Shown: positions 9,323-20,152 of the stretch, piece after piece | How positions within the stretch are numbered: position 1 is the stretch's first letter | Layout of the letters: every line of letters starts with the position of its first letter | IMG/VR virus record: IMGVR_UViG_3300025117_000032 | From: a virus | Reading direction: 5' to 3' (one strand) | Length of the DNA stretch: 64,000 bases | Translations under genes and position numbers: made by a program | Notes under the pieces: model-generated | Told to the model about the DNA's origin: nothing | The model's input: only the letters and a program-made list of their open reading frames with translations | The model's database searches: none

Positions 9323-9886
9323 TTATTTTTTTGGTAGAGTCTTCTTAGGAAATGCTCTTGGTTTCTTAACCCCCCTTGTATGCTTATCAGCACAAATTGA
9401 TGCGACAAATGCATTTGGTTTTGTTACACATGGAACATGCAATGTACCCTCTACCCACCCCTTAACAGCATCATGGACTTCATTTGACTTATTCTCATTG
9501 TGAAGCCCAGGATCACTATTCACATCGGCATGAACCTCAAAAGGGATGTCCAGTTCTGTGAACAAAGGCTCAAGTCTTTGCGCCAGCTTAACAGAAATTT
9601 CAGCCTCCCTAAGAAGCCTTCTTTGCCTATTATCGTGCCTGTTCTCAAGGTGTCTGATATAGAATACCCTACCACCCTTACCGATACAATTCACATCGTA
9701 TCTATGTAGGGCAACACATTGAACCATTGAGGTAAATCTTTGTCCAAGGTTTTGGCTATCCGTACCAATGTAGGCAAAGACAAACCCGCCAGTTACTTGA
9801 GCTATTTGGTGGGTTTCCCTGATTGCTTGTTCAATGTCATTTACGGGTTCACCCTCAAGGGTTTTCCAGCCATTTATAACCGACAT
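9323..9886 (-). CDS. RNase H-like protein, YkuK/DUF458 family
   Basis: YIGTDSQ, GGRVFY, RLLREAEIS, EVHADVN, KPNAFVAS.CAD; likely start MSVING after GAGG RBS. Confidence 0.75.
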   Translation of the reverse strand: MSVINGWKTLEGEPVNDIEQAIRETHQIAQVTGGFVFAYIGTDSQNLGQRFTSMVQCVALHRYDVNCIGKGGRVFYIRHLENRHDNRQRRLLREAEISVKLAQRLEPLFTELDIPFEVHADVNSDPGLHNENKSNEVHDAVKGWVEGTLHVPCVTKPNAFVASICADKHTRGVKKPRAFPKKTLPKK

Positions 9887-10063
9887 GATTTTACCTCTTT
9901 TGAAGTATGTAAAACACAGCATCTCTTGTTGCATTCTCTGAAATTATGACCCAACCTTCATCCAAGCGTTGAAGCATTTCCTTACACGTTTTGCGATCAT
10001 TATACTCATGAAACGGGAGTATATACATTACATGATGAAAAGGTAATTTTGTTTGTTCTGTCA

Positions 10064-10330
10064 TTACTTTTCTCCTTTCACAACCTTACGGGAAACAAGC
10101 ACAACACTTTCAACATCAGAATATCTTGCAAAGGCATAACCATTAATGTCCCTAAAATAAACAAAAAGATGTGGATTCCCATTTTTTGTATAACTGTACA
10201 TAGAATAACCCACAACATTTGTTGTGTCACCATCTGCAAAGATCATGGTATAGGTATATTCTGTGTATGTTTTTGAACACTCACACCCACACAACATAAG
10301 CACCATAAAGGCAGCAAGTAACCACTTCAT
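10064..10330 (-). CDS. Putative lipoprotein
   Basis: MKWLLAAFMVLMLCGC lipobox-like signal (ORF track extends to 10369). Confidence 0.5.
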   Translation of the reverse strand: MKWLLAAFMVLMLCGCECSKTYTEYTYTMIFADGDTTNVVGYSMYSYTKNGNPHLFVYFRDINGYAFARYSDVESVVLVSRKVVKGEK

Positions 10331-10334
10331 TTCT

Positions 10335-10814
10335 TTACGTCCTTTCAAATTTCCAGACTTCGGCACCATGGTATTTTGCCCTCTTGGTTCCTATGTCTGT
10401 CAACAGGTCAACATGGTTGACCCACCTTGCATTCATGGTATCCTTGACAACCCACCAACCGGAATAATCACCAACATCATCAATGAAAACCATATCCCCA
10501 AACCTAAACGGACCACCCCATTGCCTAAGCAAATTTCTGGATAAGGCACAATACCTATAAGATCCAGCCTTGTTAATCTTTATCCTTGTGCCGTCTGCCA
10601 ATACATCTGGGTCCAAATCGGTTTGTGCAAGTAATGGTTGGTAAAGTGTCACCGTCACAACGTACTTGATAACATCAAGGTTTGACTTCGGTAAGACAAT
10701 AACCTCTGGTTGTGATATTTCCACATTGGGTTTTACAATACCATCTTTCGGAAAGAAAGTCAACAGAAAACAGAAAATAATTAGAAAGATCAATACTAGC
10801 AACACCTTCTTCAT
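10335..10814 (-). CDS. Membrane-anchored 3D-domain (cell wall lytic/binding) protein
   Basis: N-terminal TM; VTVTLY...QTD.DP...ALSRNL...FGD.V...VKDTMNARW...VDL. Confidence 0.75.
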   Translation of the reverse strand: MKKVLLVLIFLIIFCFLLTFFPKDGIVKPNVEISQPEVIVLPKSNLDVIKYVVTVTLYQPLLAQTDLDPDVLADGTRIKINKAGSYRYCALSRNLLRQWGGPFRFGDMVFIDDVGDYSGWWVVKDTMNARWVNHVDLLTDIGTKRAKYHGAEVWKFERT

Positions 10815-11026
10815 GTGAATGCCTTTTCACCAGCAAAGATATCGGCAGGGACAAGAACCCAATAATTGGTAAAAACAGTTACCATACCATCCTCACCAAC
10901 CGATGAAGTTATGTATTTTTCACCCCACTTCAATTCTACTTTATAAAACGGTGGAATGGTTGCTTGAACACCCCAATCCTTTATACAAATTCTTTCAAAT
11001 GTTTTCATTTTTGAAACTCCCGCCAA
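10811..11026 (-). CDS. Hypothetical protein
   Basis: Packed ORF. Confidence 0.5.
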   Translation of the reverse strand: MAGVSKMKTFERICIKDWGVQATIPPFYKVELKWGEKYITSSVGEDGMVTVFTNYWVLVPADIFAGEKAFT

Positions 11027-11325
11027 TCATCAATATCACCATAGGGGTCCGCTGGCAAATAGGGGTCTTTGTCCTCATACAACCCAAGCTGAATATCTCT
11101 AATGGTCTTCACCAAATTCAACACTTCGTTAAGAGACACCCCACCAAGCCCAACATTCACAAGCTTACGTCTAATAACCTCAATGTCCCTTCCGGTCAAT
11201 GGCTTGATTTCTATTTGATCACGCTCTTCTTGGTCTACTCTCAAAGCCCCCCTCAAGACAACAAACATGGCAAAGTTTAAGATCAAAGATAAGACACAAA
11301 GCACCAACAATGCAATTAACATCAT
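11005..11325 (-). CDS. Hypothetical membrane protein
   Basis: Hydrophobic N-terminal helix. Confidence 0.55.
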   Translation of the reverse strand: MMLIALLVLCVLSLILNFAMFVVLRGALRVDQEERDQIEIKPLTGRDIEVIRRKLVNVGLGGVSLNEVLNLVKTIRDIQLGLYEDKDPYLPADPYGDIDDWREFQK

Positions 11326-11972
11326 TTCACCCCCTTGGACTCTCTATACAGCTTCATTGTTTCAGGCACAATTGGTTCAATCAATTGTTCTATCGCCCTG
11401 GCATATTCCTGTATCTCCCATTGGGCATGTTCATCATTTCTCAACATCAAAAATTTCAGGAGATTGTTTAGGTCAACTTTTGCCTTAAACGTCACCATCA
11501 TGTTTTGAGGTAATGCCATTCTGGCCTGCTCATTGCAAACACCATTGCCCAGCAAAAAATTATATGCCAAGAAGGAGGTATCAACAACATTTATAAGTGC
11601 TGTACACATCATTATATCATCTTCAAATTCCCCGGTTGACGCTTGCTTGTTTTTATCATCCTGGAATCGCCATTTTTCTGGGTAGTAAAATGACACATTA
11701 TCTTTAGTGTATCTTCTACTTGTTTCACAATAGCTCCAAGTCCTATGTCTTTGCCATTGTCTAACAACAAATAATGGAGCCTTTACTATAAATGTAAACT
11801 CAACAAATTCAAATGGGCTTGTGTGCTTATTTTTCCATAGGTACGCTAACAGCCTCCTATCCCCAAACACTTCAGAAACCTCTCCCCTAGAAACTCTAGC
11901 CGCATTAACTACATCAAGATCCGTTCCCATAAATTTTTCTAACTCGATATATCCATTACCAAGAACAATCAT
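11322..11972 (-). CDS. thyX: FAD-dependent thymidylate synthase
   Basis: VVNAARVS, HTSPFE, RQWQRHRTWSYCETSRRY, EQARMALP, HAQWEI. Confidence 0.95.
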   Translation of the reverse strand: MIVLGNGYIELEKFMGTDLDVVNAARVSRGEVSEVFGDRRLLAYLWKNKHTSPFEFVEFTFIVKAPLFVVRQWQRHRTWSYCETSRRYTKDNVSFYYPEKWRFQDDKNKQASTGEFEDDIMMCTALINVVDTSFLAYNFLLGNGVCNEQARMALPQNMMVTFKAKVDLNNLLKFLMLRNDEHAQWEIQEYARAIEQLIEPIVPETMKLYRESKGVK

Positions 11973-12232
11973 TGTGGTACACCCCCAAAGATAAATAAAA
12001 CAAGTAAGATGACAGCCAATACTGATAAAAATATCTGGTCAATGTGTTCAACGAACCATATGTCAAATGGCACTTTTTTTGGCCTTTGATCAAAGCCAAG
12101 AAAGTCACATAGTCTATCTGCCGCAGGAAATTCACCGCGTTTTGGGTGCTTTGGTTGATTCACATGGCATCTATGATCCCTTGCCGCAGCCTCAACCTGC
12201 TTTGCGGTTGGTCTTCTTAGTATCTTGTTCAT
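11969..12232 (-). CDS. Hypothetical membrane protein
   Basis: C-terminal TM helix. Confidence 0.55.
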   Translation of the reverse strand: MNKILRRPTAKQVEAAARDHRCHVNQPKHPKRGEFPAADRLCDFLGFDQRPKKVPFDIWFVEHIDQIFLSVLAVILLVLFIFGGVPQ

Positions 12233-12831
12233 AGGATCACCCTTTCAGCAAATTTAGCAAAGTTTCTCTTTGTGTAAACAGTTCTACCATCTGCATAGAT
12301 CTCATTAACTATGGCCTTAAACTCATCTTGATGTATTATACTCAAAAAATCACAATATGTAGAATGCAGCAGCGGAAGTCTTTCCACCATTTGGTTTTCA
12401 CTGAAAAATATGTGATTTCTTATCTTCTTTGCCCGATTCCTATAATCCTCCCTCACTAATTCAACAAAAGATTGCGGATCTGTGTCTAACCACATCCAAG
12501 CAACAATCTCTTTTACTAATTTTTGTCTTTTGATATTTAAGGTCACAAATTCATCAAGATCTTGTCTAGCCTGCCATGGTGTCCAACTTCCATACACCAA
12601 AAGCTCACCAAAAATTCCCCCAAGGTTGCACAAATTCTTGACGTTTGTGAGGTTTTTCTTGATTGTGCCCAAATTTTTGAACGGAACATCATCAAATAGC
12701 GTATAAGCTTCAGCATAACCATCTTTCTTTAACACCATTCGACTTGGCATCAAAAAATTATCATGGGTCATGGAAGCAACTATGTGCCCAAACTCATGGG
12801 CAACAATCCTTTTATTTATACCATCAATCAT
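12229..12831 (-). CDS. Putative zinc metallopeptidase (M41/FtsH protease-domain-like)
   Basis: VAHEFGH (HExxH), LGGIFGELL..G...A.QDL. Confidence 0.6.
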   Translation of the reverse strand: MIDGINKRIVAHEFGHIVASMTHDNFLMPSRMVLKKDGYAEAYTLFDDVPFKNLGTIKKNLTNVKNLCNLGGIFGELLVYGSWTPWQARQDLDEFVTLNIKRQKLVKEIVAWMWLDTDPQSFVELVREDYRNRAKKIRNHIFFSENQMVERLPLLHSTYCDFLSIIHQDEFKAIVNEIYADGRTVYTKRNFAKFAERVIL

Positions 12832-12858
12832 GCACTTGAACCTCCTAATTTACTACCA

Positions 12859-12887
12859 AGTATACAGCAAATCAAGAGGAATGTAAA
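12859..12887 (-). promoter_or_regulatory. Sigma70-type early promoter
   Basis: TTTACA-N17-TATACT upstream of the 12831 gene with AGGAGG RBS. Confidence 0.75.
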
Positions 12888-12911
12888 GGATAAACTGTAT
12901 CTTGTTATATA

Positions 12912-13094
12912 TCAACCCTTTAGTATCTGATACATATCAGATGCGATTTGACATCTCATAATATGCACCCTACTTTCATCTAATGTTATCTGATTCTCTA
13001 CTTTTAGCATCCTATTTAGCTTTTCTTCAACCCTTTGTTTCTGGGTTGGGGTTAAAGACTCGTAAAAATCACGAATTGTTATTGCCATATTCAA
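12912..13094 (-). CDS. Hypothetical protein
   Basis: Packed ORF. Confidence 0.5.
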   Translation of the reverse strand: MNMAITIRDFYESLTPTQKQRVEEKLNRMLKVENQITLDESRVHIMRCQIASDMYQILKG

Positions 13095-14197
13095 TTACTC
13101 CCTCTGTATACCGCGTGTGGAGTAGCTTCATAGATTGACGATGGGGATATCCTGGTAAAAACAACATTCCCAATTGCATCTTCAAGCTTTTCCATGCCAG
13201 CATAGCTTAAACCAAACCTTATACCGTCCATTGTGGACTGAAAAACCGAAGAAGTTTCACCACGGTATGGAATTTCCATGGCAACACCCTCTATATTTTT
13301 GTCCTCATCCCTATCTAACTTCGCTTCTCTTGAAGCGGAACCCCTGTAGACCTTATATATCCCACCCTGCTTGTGAATCACTTCTCCAGGCGTCCTAGAC
13401 GTTCCTGCAAATAAATAGCCTGCCATGACACTGTTTGCTCCTGCTCCTATGGCTTTGAGGATGTCTCCTGTGTATTTTATACCCCCATCGGCTATGATAG
13501 TGGGTCTTTCAGTTGGCCCCAATGGGGGCAACCCCTTTGCCCAATTGTAAACATCTGCAATAGCTGTAAACTGTGGTACACCACAACCAGTTTCTAGGCG
13601 AGTACTACAAAGCGACCCCGGCCCCACCCCGACCTTAATTCCATCAACCATATGATCCCACAAATATTTTGCAGCTTCGGCTGTAGCAACATTACCAGCT
13701 ATGATTGGATAATCAATCGGAAATTTTTGCCGTAGCTTCCCGCAAAACTCCCCAACCATTGTGTGGTGTCCATGGGCAACATCAACCAAGAAAACCAACC
13801 TACTGTTTGACCCATATGATTCAAACACACCAACCACTTGTTCTGCAATCCACAAATCATGATCCTGACACCCAAGGGATATTCCAACAACCTTGACTTG
13901 AGATTTGAGTAACAACTTCACCCTCTCAATTAGATCATGTATATCATTGTTGAACCTATGGAGGAAACATACCCCACCATACTTGTTTGCATCTAACACC
14001 ATTTCAACATCCGATATGGTGTCCATGTTTGCTGGAATAACCGGATGGTCAATGTATATGTCTGACACCAATCTTGTCCTAGTCGTTATATCAGCCCTGG
14101 TCTTTGATTGAGAAAGACTAGGTACAATTTGCACATCATCAAATGTCAACGACTCAAAAGAATTTTCCGTGAACCAACCTGCTGTTCCTTTTATCAT
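13091..14197 (-). CDS. guaB: IMP dehydrogenase / GMP reductase family (no CBS domains)
   Basis: [57 protein letters not shown]; reaction direction (GuaB vs GuaC) not resolvable by eye. Confidence 0.85.
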   Translation of the reverse strand: MIKGTAGWFTENSFESLTFDDVQIVPSLSQSKTRADITTRTRLVSDIYIDHPVIPANMDTISDVEMVLDANKYGGVCFLHRFNNDIHDLIERVKLLLKSQVKVVGISLGCQDHDLWIAEQVVGVFESYGSNSRLVFLVDVAHGHHTMVGEFCGKLRQKFPIDYPIIAGNVATAEAAKYLWDHMVDGIKVGVGPGSLCSTRLETGCGVPQFTAIADVYNWAKGLPPLGPTERPTIIADGGIKYTGDILKAIGAGANSVMAGYLFAGTSRTPGEVIHKQGGIYKVYRGSASREAKLDRDEDKNIEGVAMEIPYRGETSSVFQSTMDGIRFGLSYAGMEKLEDAIGNVVFTRISPSSIYEATPHAVYRGSN

Positions 14198-15126
14198 GTA
14201 GCATCTCCGATCAGAATGTTTTTCAGTTTAGTATAGCACCTATCTGGAGAAAAGTCAACCACAAACCTAGCAAAATTTTCCTCTATGCTTGTTCGGTACT
14301 CTTCACTAGAGATCGGTATATCCATGTAGTATTTTAGAACCTTTGCTAAATCTTCTTTCTCTCTAAAGAAATTCTTCCCCCAGGGAACTATTGCCCTATT
14401 TGCTTCCGTGTCCCTAACCAGGATTGGCGTTCCAAGAAAAACGGCATCGACAACACTAAGCGGAACACCATTTCCATTGTAAGGAGAAATGAACAACTTG
14501 GACTTCTTGATTTTCCTATGCACCAATAAATTGGATTGTAGTCCATTGAACCTTACGTTGTTGAATGTCTCAAATGGCATTTCGTATGCGCTATATATGT
14601 CTAGGTTGTGATCTGGAATCTTTTCTTCATCCTCCCCTTGCCTCATATACATGGCAAAATAAGTTTTCACGACCTCTGCTATGTTGTCTGGATATCTAGT
14701 TGCGTTGCTCACAATAACAAAGTCGCCATTTTTTTCCAACACTTCCTCTCCACCCTTATACCAGAGAGATGGCTGAACCCTTGTTGGCAAATCCCATATG
14801 AAAACCTTGATACCCTTGTCACTCAACAACTCATACATATAATACGATTGACTTAACACTCCAACAACATCCTTGTTGTTCTTCACAAAGTCCACAAAGA
14901 TTGGAACCAAATGGCTGTCAATAGACTCAACAAAAATCCAAGTTGGTTTTCTAGTTTGTAAATCGGATGATTGAAGAACCTCATCCCACTCTATCAATAG
15001 TGTATCAGCTTCATCTGGGTCTGCCACAACCTCCAACTCTTTGTCTTTAATTTGCCTGGAAACTTTCCACATCTGATTTCCCCATGTGACCCATGGATAC
15101 TGTTTTGCTTCAATGTATAGTTTCAT
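14194..15126 (-). CDS. Glycosyltransferase-like, GT-B fold
   Basis: SKLFISPYNGNGVPLSVVDAVFLGTPILVRD; N-terminus paralogous to 15685-16578. Confidence 0.65.
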   Translation of the reverse strand: MKLYIEAKQYPWVTWGNQMWKVSRQIKDKELEVVADPDEADTLLIEWDEVLQSSDLQTRKPTWIFVESIDSHLVPIFVDFVKNNKDVVGVLSQSYYMYELLSDKGIKVFIWDLPTRVQPSLWYKGGEEVLEKNGDFVIVSNATRYPDNIAEVVKTYFAMYMRQGEDEEKIPDHNLDIYSAYEMPFETFNNVRFNGLQSNLLVHRKIKKSKLFISPYNGNGVPLSVVDAVFLGTPILVRDTEANRAIVPWGKNFFREKEDLAKVLKYYMDIPISSEEYRTSIEENFARFVVDFSPDRCYTKLKNILIGDAT

Positions 15127-15701
15127 TGGTTGTTCCTTTCAAATAACATTTGCATTACCGATTGATTAATATCATGATAACGAATCCTCCAACCATCACG
15201 CAAGAGGATTGGTATTAATAACCTCCCTTTACCGGCATTCAGACAATCGGGAGGAATATCATCCAATAGAATTAAAGACTTATCACCCAACCACTTCTTG
15301 GCGAAGGAATATTCATCAACCATTTCTTGTGGGTCATCTCCACCGTCCAAATACAAAAAGTTAATATTCCTATCTAAAATCTTATCCAAAAACTCTACTC
15401 CGGTCATAACATGATATTCAATCACATCTTTAAACTTAATTGTTATTTGTTTGCATTGGTCTATACAATTCTCATCTATGTCAATTGTGTGTACCCTACC
15501 ACCGAAATTTTTACAATACCACCCCCATGCGTTTGTTGCCCACCCATCTCCACTAGGACCACCACCATAACCCCCCCTGGTTGTACCAACCTCCACAAAT
15601 ATTGGGTCTTCTATGTGCATATCATGAAAAATTGTTAATGCACTAAAAAAGCTATCTCCACGCCCAATGTGTGTTATCTCTTTTCTAGGATCTGTAATCA
15701 T
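15123..15701 (-). CDS. Class I SAM-dependent methyltransferase (Methyltransf_24-like)
   Basis: FVEVGT, TIDID, FLYLDG, ILLDD...GKG. Confidence 0.75.
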   Translation of the reverse strand: MITDPRKEITHIGRGDSFFSALTIFHDMHIEDPIFVEVGTTRGGYGGGPSGDGWATNAWGWYCKNFGGRVHTIDIDENCIDQCKQITIKFKDVIEYHVMTGVEFLDKILDRNINFLYLDGGDDPQEMVDEYSFAKKWLGDKSLILLDDIPPDCLNAGKGRLLIPILLRDGWRIRYHDINQSVMQMLFERNNQ

Positions 15702-16578
15702 TATAAACCCCCACTATTAGCCTTTCGAACTCCCCAAATGCCACATCTCTCTTCCACATATCTAGTTGGTGATCCCCAATGCTAGGGTAGCTTGATCCAC
15801 AAATCAAACCATAAACATCATTCAATGCTTTCAACAAATGATCATCATCCGAAAAATATTTTGCTGTTCCTTGAAACACATCAACCATTGGTTCTATTGA
15901 TCTAACCATCGACCAAGTATTAAGCAACGTAGACTCTATTGCTGGAAGACCCAAACCCTCCCCAATTGATGGCATGATGGTTAATTTTGAAGATGCTATA
16001 GATGCAACCAACACTTCCTTTGGCATATATCCCATAACCTTTATTTGCTTATGCTTTGGAATGATGGGGCTCTCTGGCCCGCATAACCAATATAACCATC
16101 CAGCTTTTTCAAAATCTGAATCAATGAATGCTTTAGCTGCCACATCTAGTTTCTTTCCAGGATCACCCAATCTACAAAACGAAATAATTCTGTTTTTCCT
16201 TGGTATCCCCCTTAGATCGTCAACCATTTCAGAGGAAACTTGACTTGGGTAATAAAACATACCAGCATCTATTCCTCTTTCTTTCAGTTGGTAAATAACC
16301 TTTTTAGAAATAGCTGTAACCTTTGTGGCTCTCTTGCAAAAAGATTGCACATAGTTTTCTATCTCTGGGTTGCCACCCAACCACTCTGAAAAGTCAAGGA
16401 CATTAGCAATGACAATCTTTCTTTCCAAATGCCGCTCATTCAATCTCCAATTCCCTGGATCACACTGAAAGATAACATCGGCTTCATCTGCATTAGATAC
16501 AATGTCAAATTTTGACACTTTTTCATAATCACCAACCCACCCCCAAGGTCCGCGAAAACCTTCTATGTATAGTTTCAT
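15685..16578 (-). CDS. Glycosyltransferase family 4
   Basis: MPSIGEGLGLPAIES (E-x7-E). Confidence 0.85.
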   Translation of the reverse strand: MKLYIEGFRGPWGWVGDYEKVSKFDIVSNADEADVIFQCDPGNWRLNERHLERKIVIANVLDFSEWLGGNPEIENYVQSFCKRATKVTAISKKVIYQLKERGIDAGMFYYPSQVSSEMVDDLRGIPRKNRIISFCRLGDPGKKLDVAAKAFIDSDFEKAGWLYWLCGPESPIIPKHKQIKVMGYMPKEVLVASIASSKLTIMPSIGEGLGLPAIESTLLNTWSMVRSIEPMVDVFQGTAKYFSDDDHLLKALNDVYGLICGSSYPSIGDHQLDMWKRDVAFGEFERLIVGVYNDYRS

Positions 16579-17309
16579 TGTAGATAATACTTTTCAATTT
16601 GCTCCAACACTCTTGGGGGAACATCCTCAAGATTATCTGGGTTAGATTCCCATAGTTTGTTTCTGACAACGAACCAATTTTCCCCATATTCTTTTAGGGA
16701 CTTTCCATCACAGTTATCACTATCGGCAAACTTGATTCTATCTCTACCCTTTGTCCTAAGATAAGACTCACTTCTTATGTGCCCAAAATGAATAATACTC
16801 CATGGTAATAAAACGCACTTGTCTTCTCTCTTTACAGAAAGGGTTTCGTCAACCAATTTCCCATTCATCTTTATCCCAGAAGTCATATCAATAACCCTAT
16901 ATTGATAATCTGGATAGCCAATCTTGTTGTACTTATTGTGTGACCCCTGCAAATTAAATCTCTCCAAAATCCCAACCTTGGAACCAGAGGCACACATCAT
17001 TTTTACAATACAATCATTTGGCATCTCTTCAATGATTTCATCTGATCCCATGTACAAACAAAACCCTTCGTTAGACATTGCAATTGCTCTGTTCCATTGA
17101 GATGAAAAATCATCAAACTTGTGAACCAAAAGATTTACGCTTGGGTGCTTTGGTTTGAAAGCTATAACAAACTCCAATGTTCCATCTTCGTTTACTGTAT
17201 CACAAACAACATTGACTTCCGAGAAGTTGTCCATTGCCCACTCTAACCACATTGGAAGTGTGTCCATACCATTTTTTACTATCGTGCATACAGAAACATT
17301 ATCCTGCAT
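16575..17309 (-). CDS. Glycosyltransferase family 2
   Basis: SVCTIVKN, DGT, DFSSQWNRA, GSDE, PDYQYR, IIHFG. Confidence 0.85.
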   Translation of the reverse strand: MQDNVSVCTIVKNGMDTLPMWLEWAMDNFSEVNVVCDTVNEDGTLEFVIAFKPKHPSVNLLVHKFDDFSSQWNRAIAMSNEGFCLYMGSDEIIEEMPNDCIVKMMCASGSKVGILERFNLQGSHNKYNKIGYPDYQYRVIDMTSGIKMNGKLVDETLSVKREDKCVLLPWSIIHFGHIRSESYLRTKGRDRIKFADSDNCDGKSLKEYGENWFVVRNKLWESNPDNLEDVPPRVLEQIEKYYLQ

Positions 17310-18270
17310 TATGTATACTCAAATCATTATTGATCATTCTACCAACCATCTCTTTGAATGAGCAACTTGGTTTCCAACCCAATTTTTCCCTGGCCTTGGA
17401 TGAATCTCCGCATAGGTTATAGATTTCCGCTGGCCTCATAAACCGTTTGTCGCAATCAACATATTTTTTCCAATCATCTATACCAACATGAGAAAACGCT
17501 AACCTTACAAACTCTTCAACTGTGTGGTTTTCCCCTGTTGCAACAACAAACTCTTCCGGTTCATCACAACCCAATATCCTAACCATAGCATCAACATAAT
17601 CTGGGGAGTATCCCCAATCTCTTTTTGTATCCAAATTTCCAAGGGTTAACTTGTCTTTTTTCCCAGCCACAATCTGTGCTACACCATCTGTTATTTTCCT
17701 TGTTACAAATTCCAACCCCCTTCGTTCTGACTCATGGTTAAACAAGATCCCACAACAAGCAAACATTCCGTAAGATTCTCTATAATTTATTGTCATGTGA
17801 TGTGCATAAACCTTAGCTATTCCGTATGGACTCCTTGGTTTAAATGGGGTATCTTCGTTTGCCATTACACCAACATGATTCCCATACATCTCACTAGTGC
17901 TGGCTTGATATAGTTTGGTGTTTGGTTTAACCTGTCGGATCGCCTCTAGTATGTTTAATACACCAATTCCATTCACTTCACTTGTCTGATTTGGGATTTC
18001 CCAACTTGACCCAACAAAAGATTGTGCAGCCAAGTTGTAAACCTCATCTGGTTGAGTGTGGTCAATACAATTAGCTAACGATTTGGGGTCTGTTAAATCT
18101 CCGGTAATAAACGAAAAGTGGTTATTTCCAACTAGGTGTGCAGAATTTTTCCTGACGGGTGTTGAAACTCTTCTCTCCATACCATACACCCTATAGCCCC
18201 TGGACAACAAAAGATCCGCAAGATGTGACCCATCCATACCATTGATTCCGGTTATTAATGAAGTTTTCAT
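17299..18270 (-). CDS. gmd: GDP-mannose 4,6-dehydratase
   Basis: LITGINGMDGSHL, YNLAAQSFV, YQASTSE, PRSPYGIAK, ILFNHES, LGNLD.KRDWG. Confidence 0.95.
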   Translation of the reverse strand: MKTSLITGINGMDGSHLADLLLSRGYRVYGMERRVSTPVRKNSAHLVGNNHFSFITGDLTDPKSLANCIDHTQPDEVYNLAAQSFVGSSWEIPNQTSEVNGIGVLNILEAIRQVKPNTKLYQASTSEMYGNHVGVMANEDTPFKPRSPYGIAKVYAHHMTINYRESYGMFACCGILFNHESERRGLEFVTRKITDGVAQIVAGKKDKLTLGNLDTKRDWGYSPDYVDAMVRILGCDEPEEFVVATGENHTVEEFVRLAFSHVGIDDWKKYVDCDKRFMRPAEIYNLCGDSSKAREKLGWKPSCSFKEMVGRMINNDLSIHNAG

Positions 18271-19499
18271 ATTCTACTTCCTCCACCAATTATTTCAAAC
18301 TTTGGGCATGGAACAATGAATTTCCCCCCATTGTTTAGATACTCTTTTTCCCTCTTCACAAACTCACCAATAAAATGCCAAGGTAAAACAAGCATATAAT
18401 CTGGGTTGATCTTTCTCATTTCTTCTTCAGAGTAAATTGGAATGTTTGACCCAACTGTTCTCAACCCAAACTTAAACGGACTGCGTTCGGCTATACCGTC
18501 AACAAGTGTATCATTCAACCCGTACCATTGTAATAGTGTGTTGCCTTTGGTTGATGCACCATAACACCACATGCTTTTTCCTTGGGTCTTTATTTCTCGT
18601 ATGAACTCCATCGTCTGTTCTCTAAGCTTACAGATTTGTTCATAGAAGTTTAAGTATGGCTCAACTGTTGTCATGTGTTGAGCTTCTTCCATGTTTAGTA
18701 TGCTTTCAATTCTATATTGAGCAACATCCCTGAATGGTGAAGTTGCAAAATTGTAGTCACTTGATTTACATTTTCTAGCATACACCCTAAAGCTACCACC
18801 ATTAATATCATTCAATTTACAATCCACAACCTTCATTCCAACTTGGCTTAGTAGTCTGGTGATCGAAGTCAAATTGTAGTAATAGATATGTTCATGGCAG
18901 ATATTATCAAAGGCCAGTTGCCTTATCATTAGTGGGGTGTAACTCATTTGAATTACAAGCAACCCATCATCATCTAGGATTTTCTCAACATCATTGAGAA
19001 ACCCCATTGGATCATCTACATCATAGAACATTGCTATAATTGTTACAATCTTAGCTTGTTTCTCCCCAAATTTTCCAGATCTATATGCTTCCTCTGAAAA
19101 GTAATCTTGGATAACATCATCGGAAATCGCCCTGGATTCCTTTGTGTATGTACTATCTGCTGGATCTACACCAACCCTTATCATATTACTTGGGGTGTAT
19201 TTTAGAAGTGTTCCATCATTACAAGCAATGTCTAAGAACACATCCCCATCATCAATCTTTACCAAAGAAGGTAGCTTTTCTGCAATACTTTTCAACTCCT
19301 TAACCATTGTATCATTTATAGCAGACCTATACCAGTATTGGCCATACATCTTATTCGGATCAGTAGGAGATTCCAAACGTAATGCAGTAGTTTCTGGGTC
19401 AAACATCATCTTAAGTGGTTCTCTTCCACCCCTTGGTTTATCTCCTGGTTTAATAAAGTCTGAAACAAACAAATCTCCCAATGAGAACAACTCTACCAT
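18267..19499 (-). CDS. NDP-sugar C-methyltransferase
   Basis: YWYRS, LDIACNDGTLL, FDNICHEH, NGGS.R, YGASTKGNTLLQ, PDYMLVLPWHF, GGKFIVP. Confidence 0.85.
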   Translation of the reverse strand: MVELFSLGDLFVSDFIKPGDKPRGGREPLKMMFDPETTALRLESPTDPNKMYGQYWYRSAINDTMVKELKSIAEKLPSLVKIDDGDVFLDIACNDGTLLKYTPSNMIRVGVDPADSTYTKESRAISDDVIQDYFSEEAYRSGKFGEKQAKIVTIIAMFYDVDDPMGFLNDVEKILDDDGLLVIQMSYTPLMIRQLAFDNICHEHIYYYNLTSITRLLSQVGMKVVDCKLNDINGGSFRVYARKCKSSDYNFATSPFRDVAQYRIESILNMEEAQHMTTVEPYLNFYEQICKLREQTMEFIREIKTQGKSMWCYGASTKGNTLLQWYGLNDTLVDGIAERSPFKFGLRTVGSNIPIYSEEEMRKINPDYMLVLPWHFIGEFVKREKEYLNNGGKFIVPCPKFEIIGGGSRI

Positions 19500-20152
19500 T
19501 TAATCTCCCCCCCAATATTACGCAAAATCTTAATACAGTCTTGATGAGCCATCGACGATGCAGAATACCCCAAACAATGAAAAAACCTTGGCCCAACCCA
19601 CCAATCTTCCCACTCCCATTTTTCCACATTAACATGATTGCATGGTCTACACTGTGGCCCATATGGGCTCCAATTTTTACTACAAGTCTTTACATCTTTG
19701 AACAACAACCCATATCCATGGTCAAAAAGAATTTCTCTGGATAATACTCGCCTTGTCTCATCCCCCAAATAAGCATCATGTTCAAATGTCATCACATCAA
19801 ATGTAAACCCGTTGTTAGTTAGAAGGTTTAAACAGCTTACACTAGCATCATCAACATCTAGTGATATGTAATTAAAATGCTTGCCCGGTTTAAACTTCAA
19901 CAGTATTTTTACGAATGGATCTTCCCTTGAAACATCAACACAAAAACACGGTGTCTTCCTGCTAGAATTGTTCATAGCATCTGCTAAGTGTTGTATTGAA
20001 TCAAATGCTAAACCAGACCACCCAATAGACTCAAGACTTGCTGTGTTGTTCCCAACTATGGGATCAGCACTACCCAAATCCAAGAATGTTCCCCTGTTGC
20101 CAAGTAGAATATGGGCAAATTGATCTTGCATTTCCATACTAGTATAGTTCAT
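19493..20152 (-). CDS. FkbM-like methyltransferase
   Basis: QDQF..GTFLDLGSADP...NT..LE..GWSG, YISLDVD, MTFEHD, WEDWWV; likely start MNYTS (ORF track extends to 20206). Confidence 0.75.
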   Translation of the reverse strand: MNYTSMEMQDQFAHILLGNRGTFLDLGSADPIVGNNTASLESIGWSGLAFDSIQHLADAMNNSSRKTPCFCVDVSREDPFVKILLKFKPGKHFNYISLDVDDASVSCLNLLTNNGFTFDVMTFEHDAYLGDETRRVLSREILFDHGYGLLFKDVKTCSKNWSPYGPQCRPCNHVNVEKWEWEDWWVGPRFFHCLGYSASSMAHQDCIKILRNIGGEIKW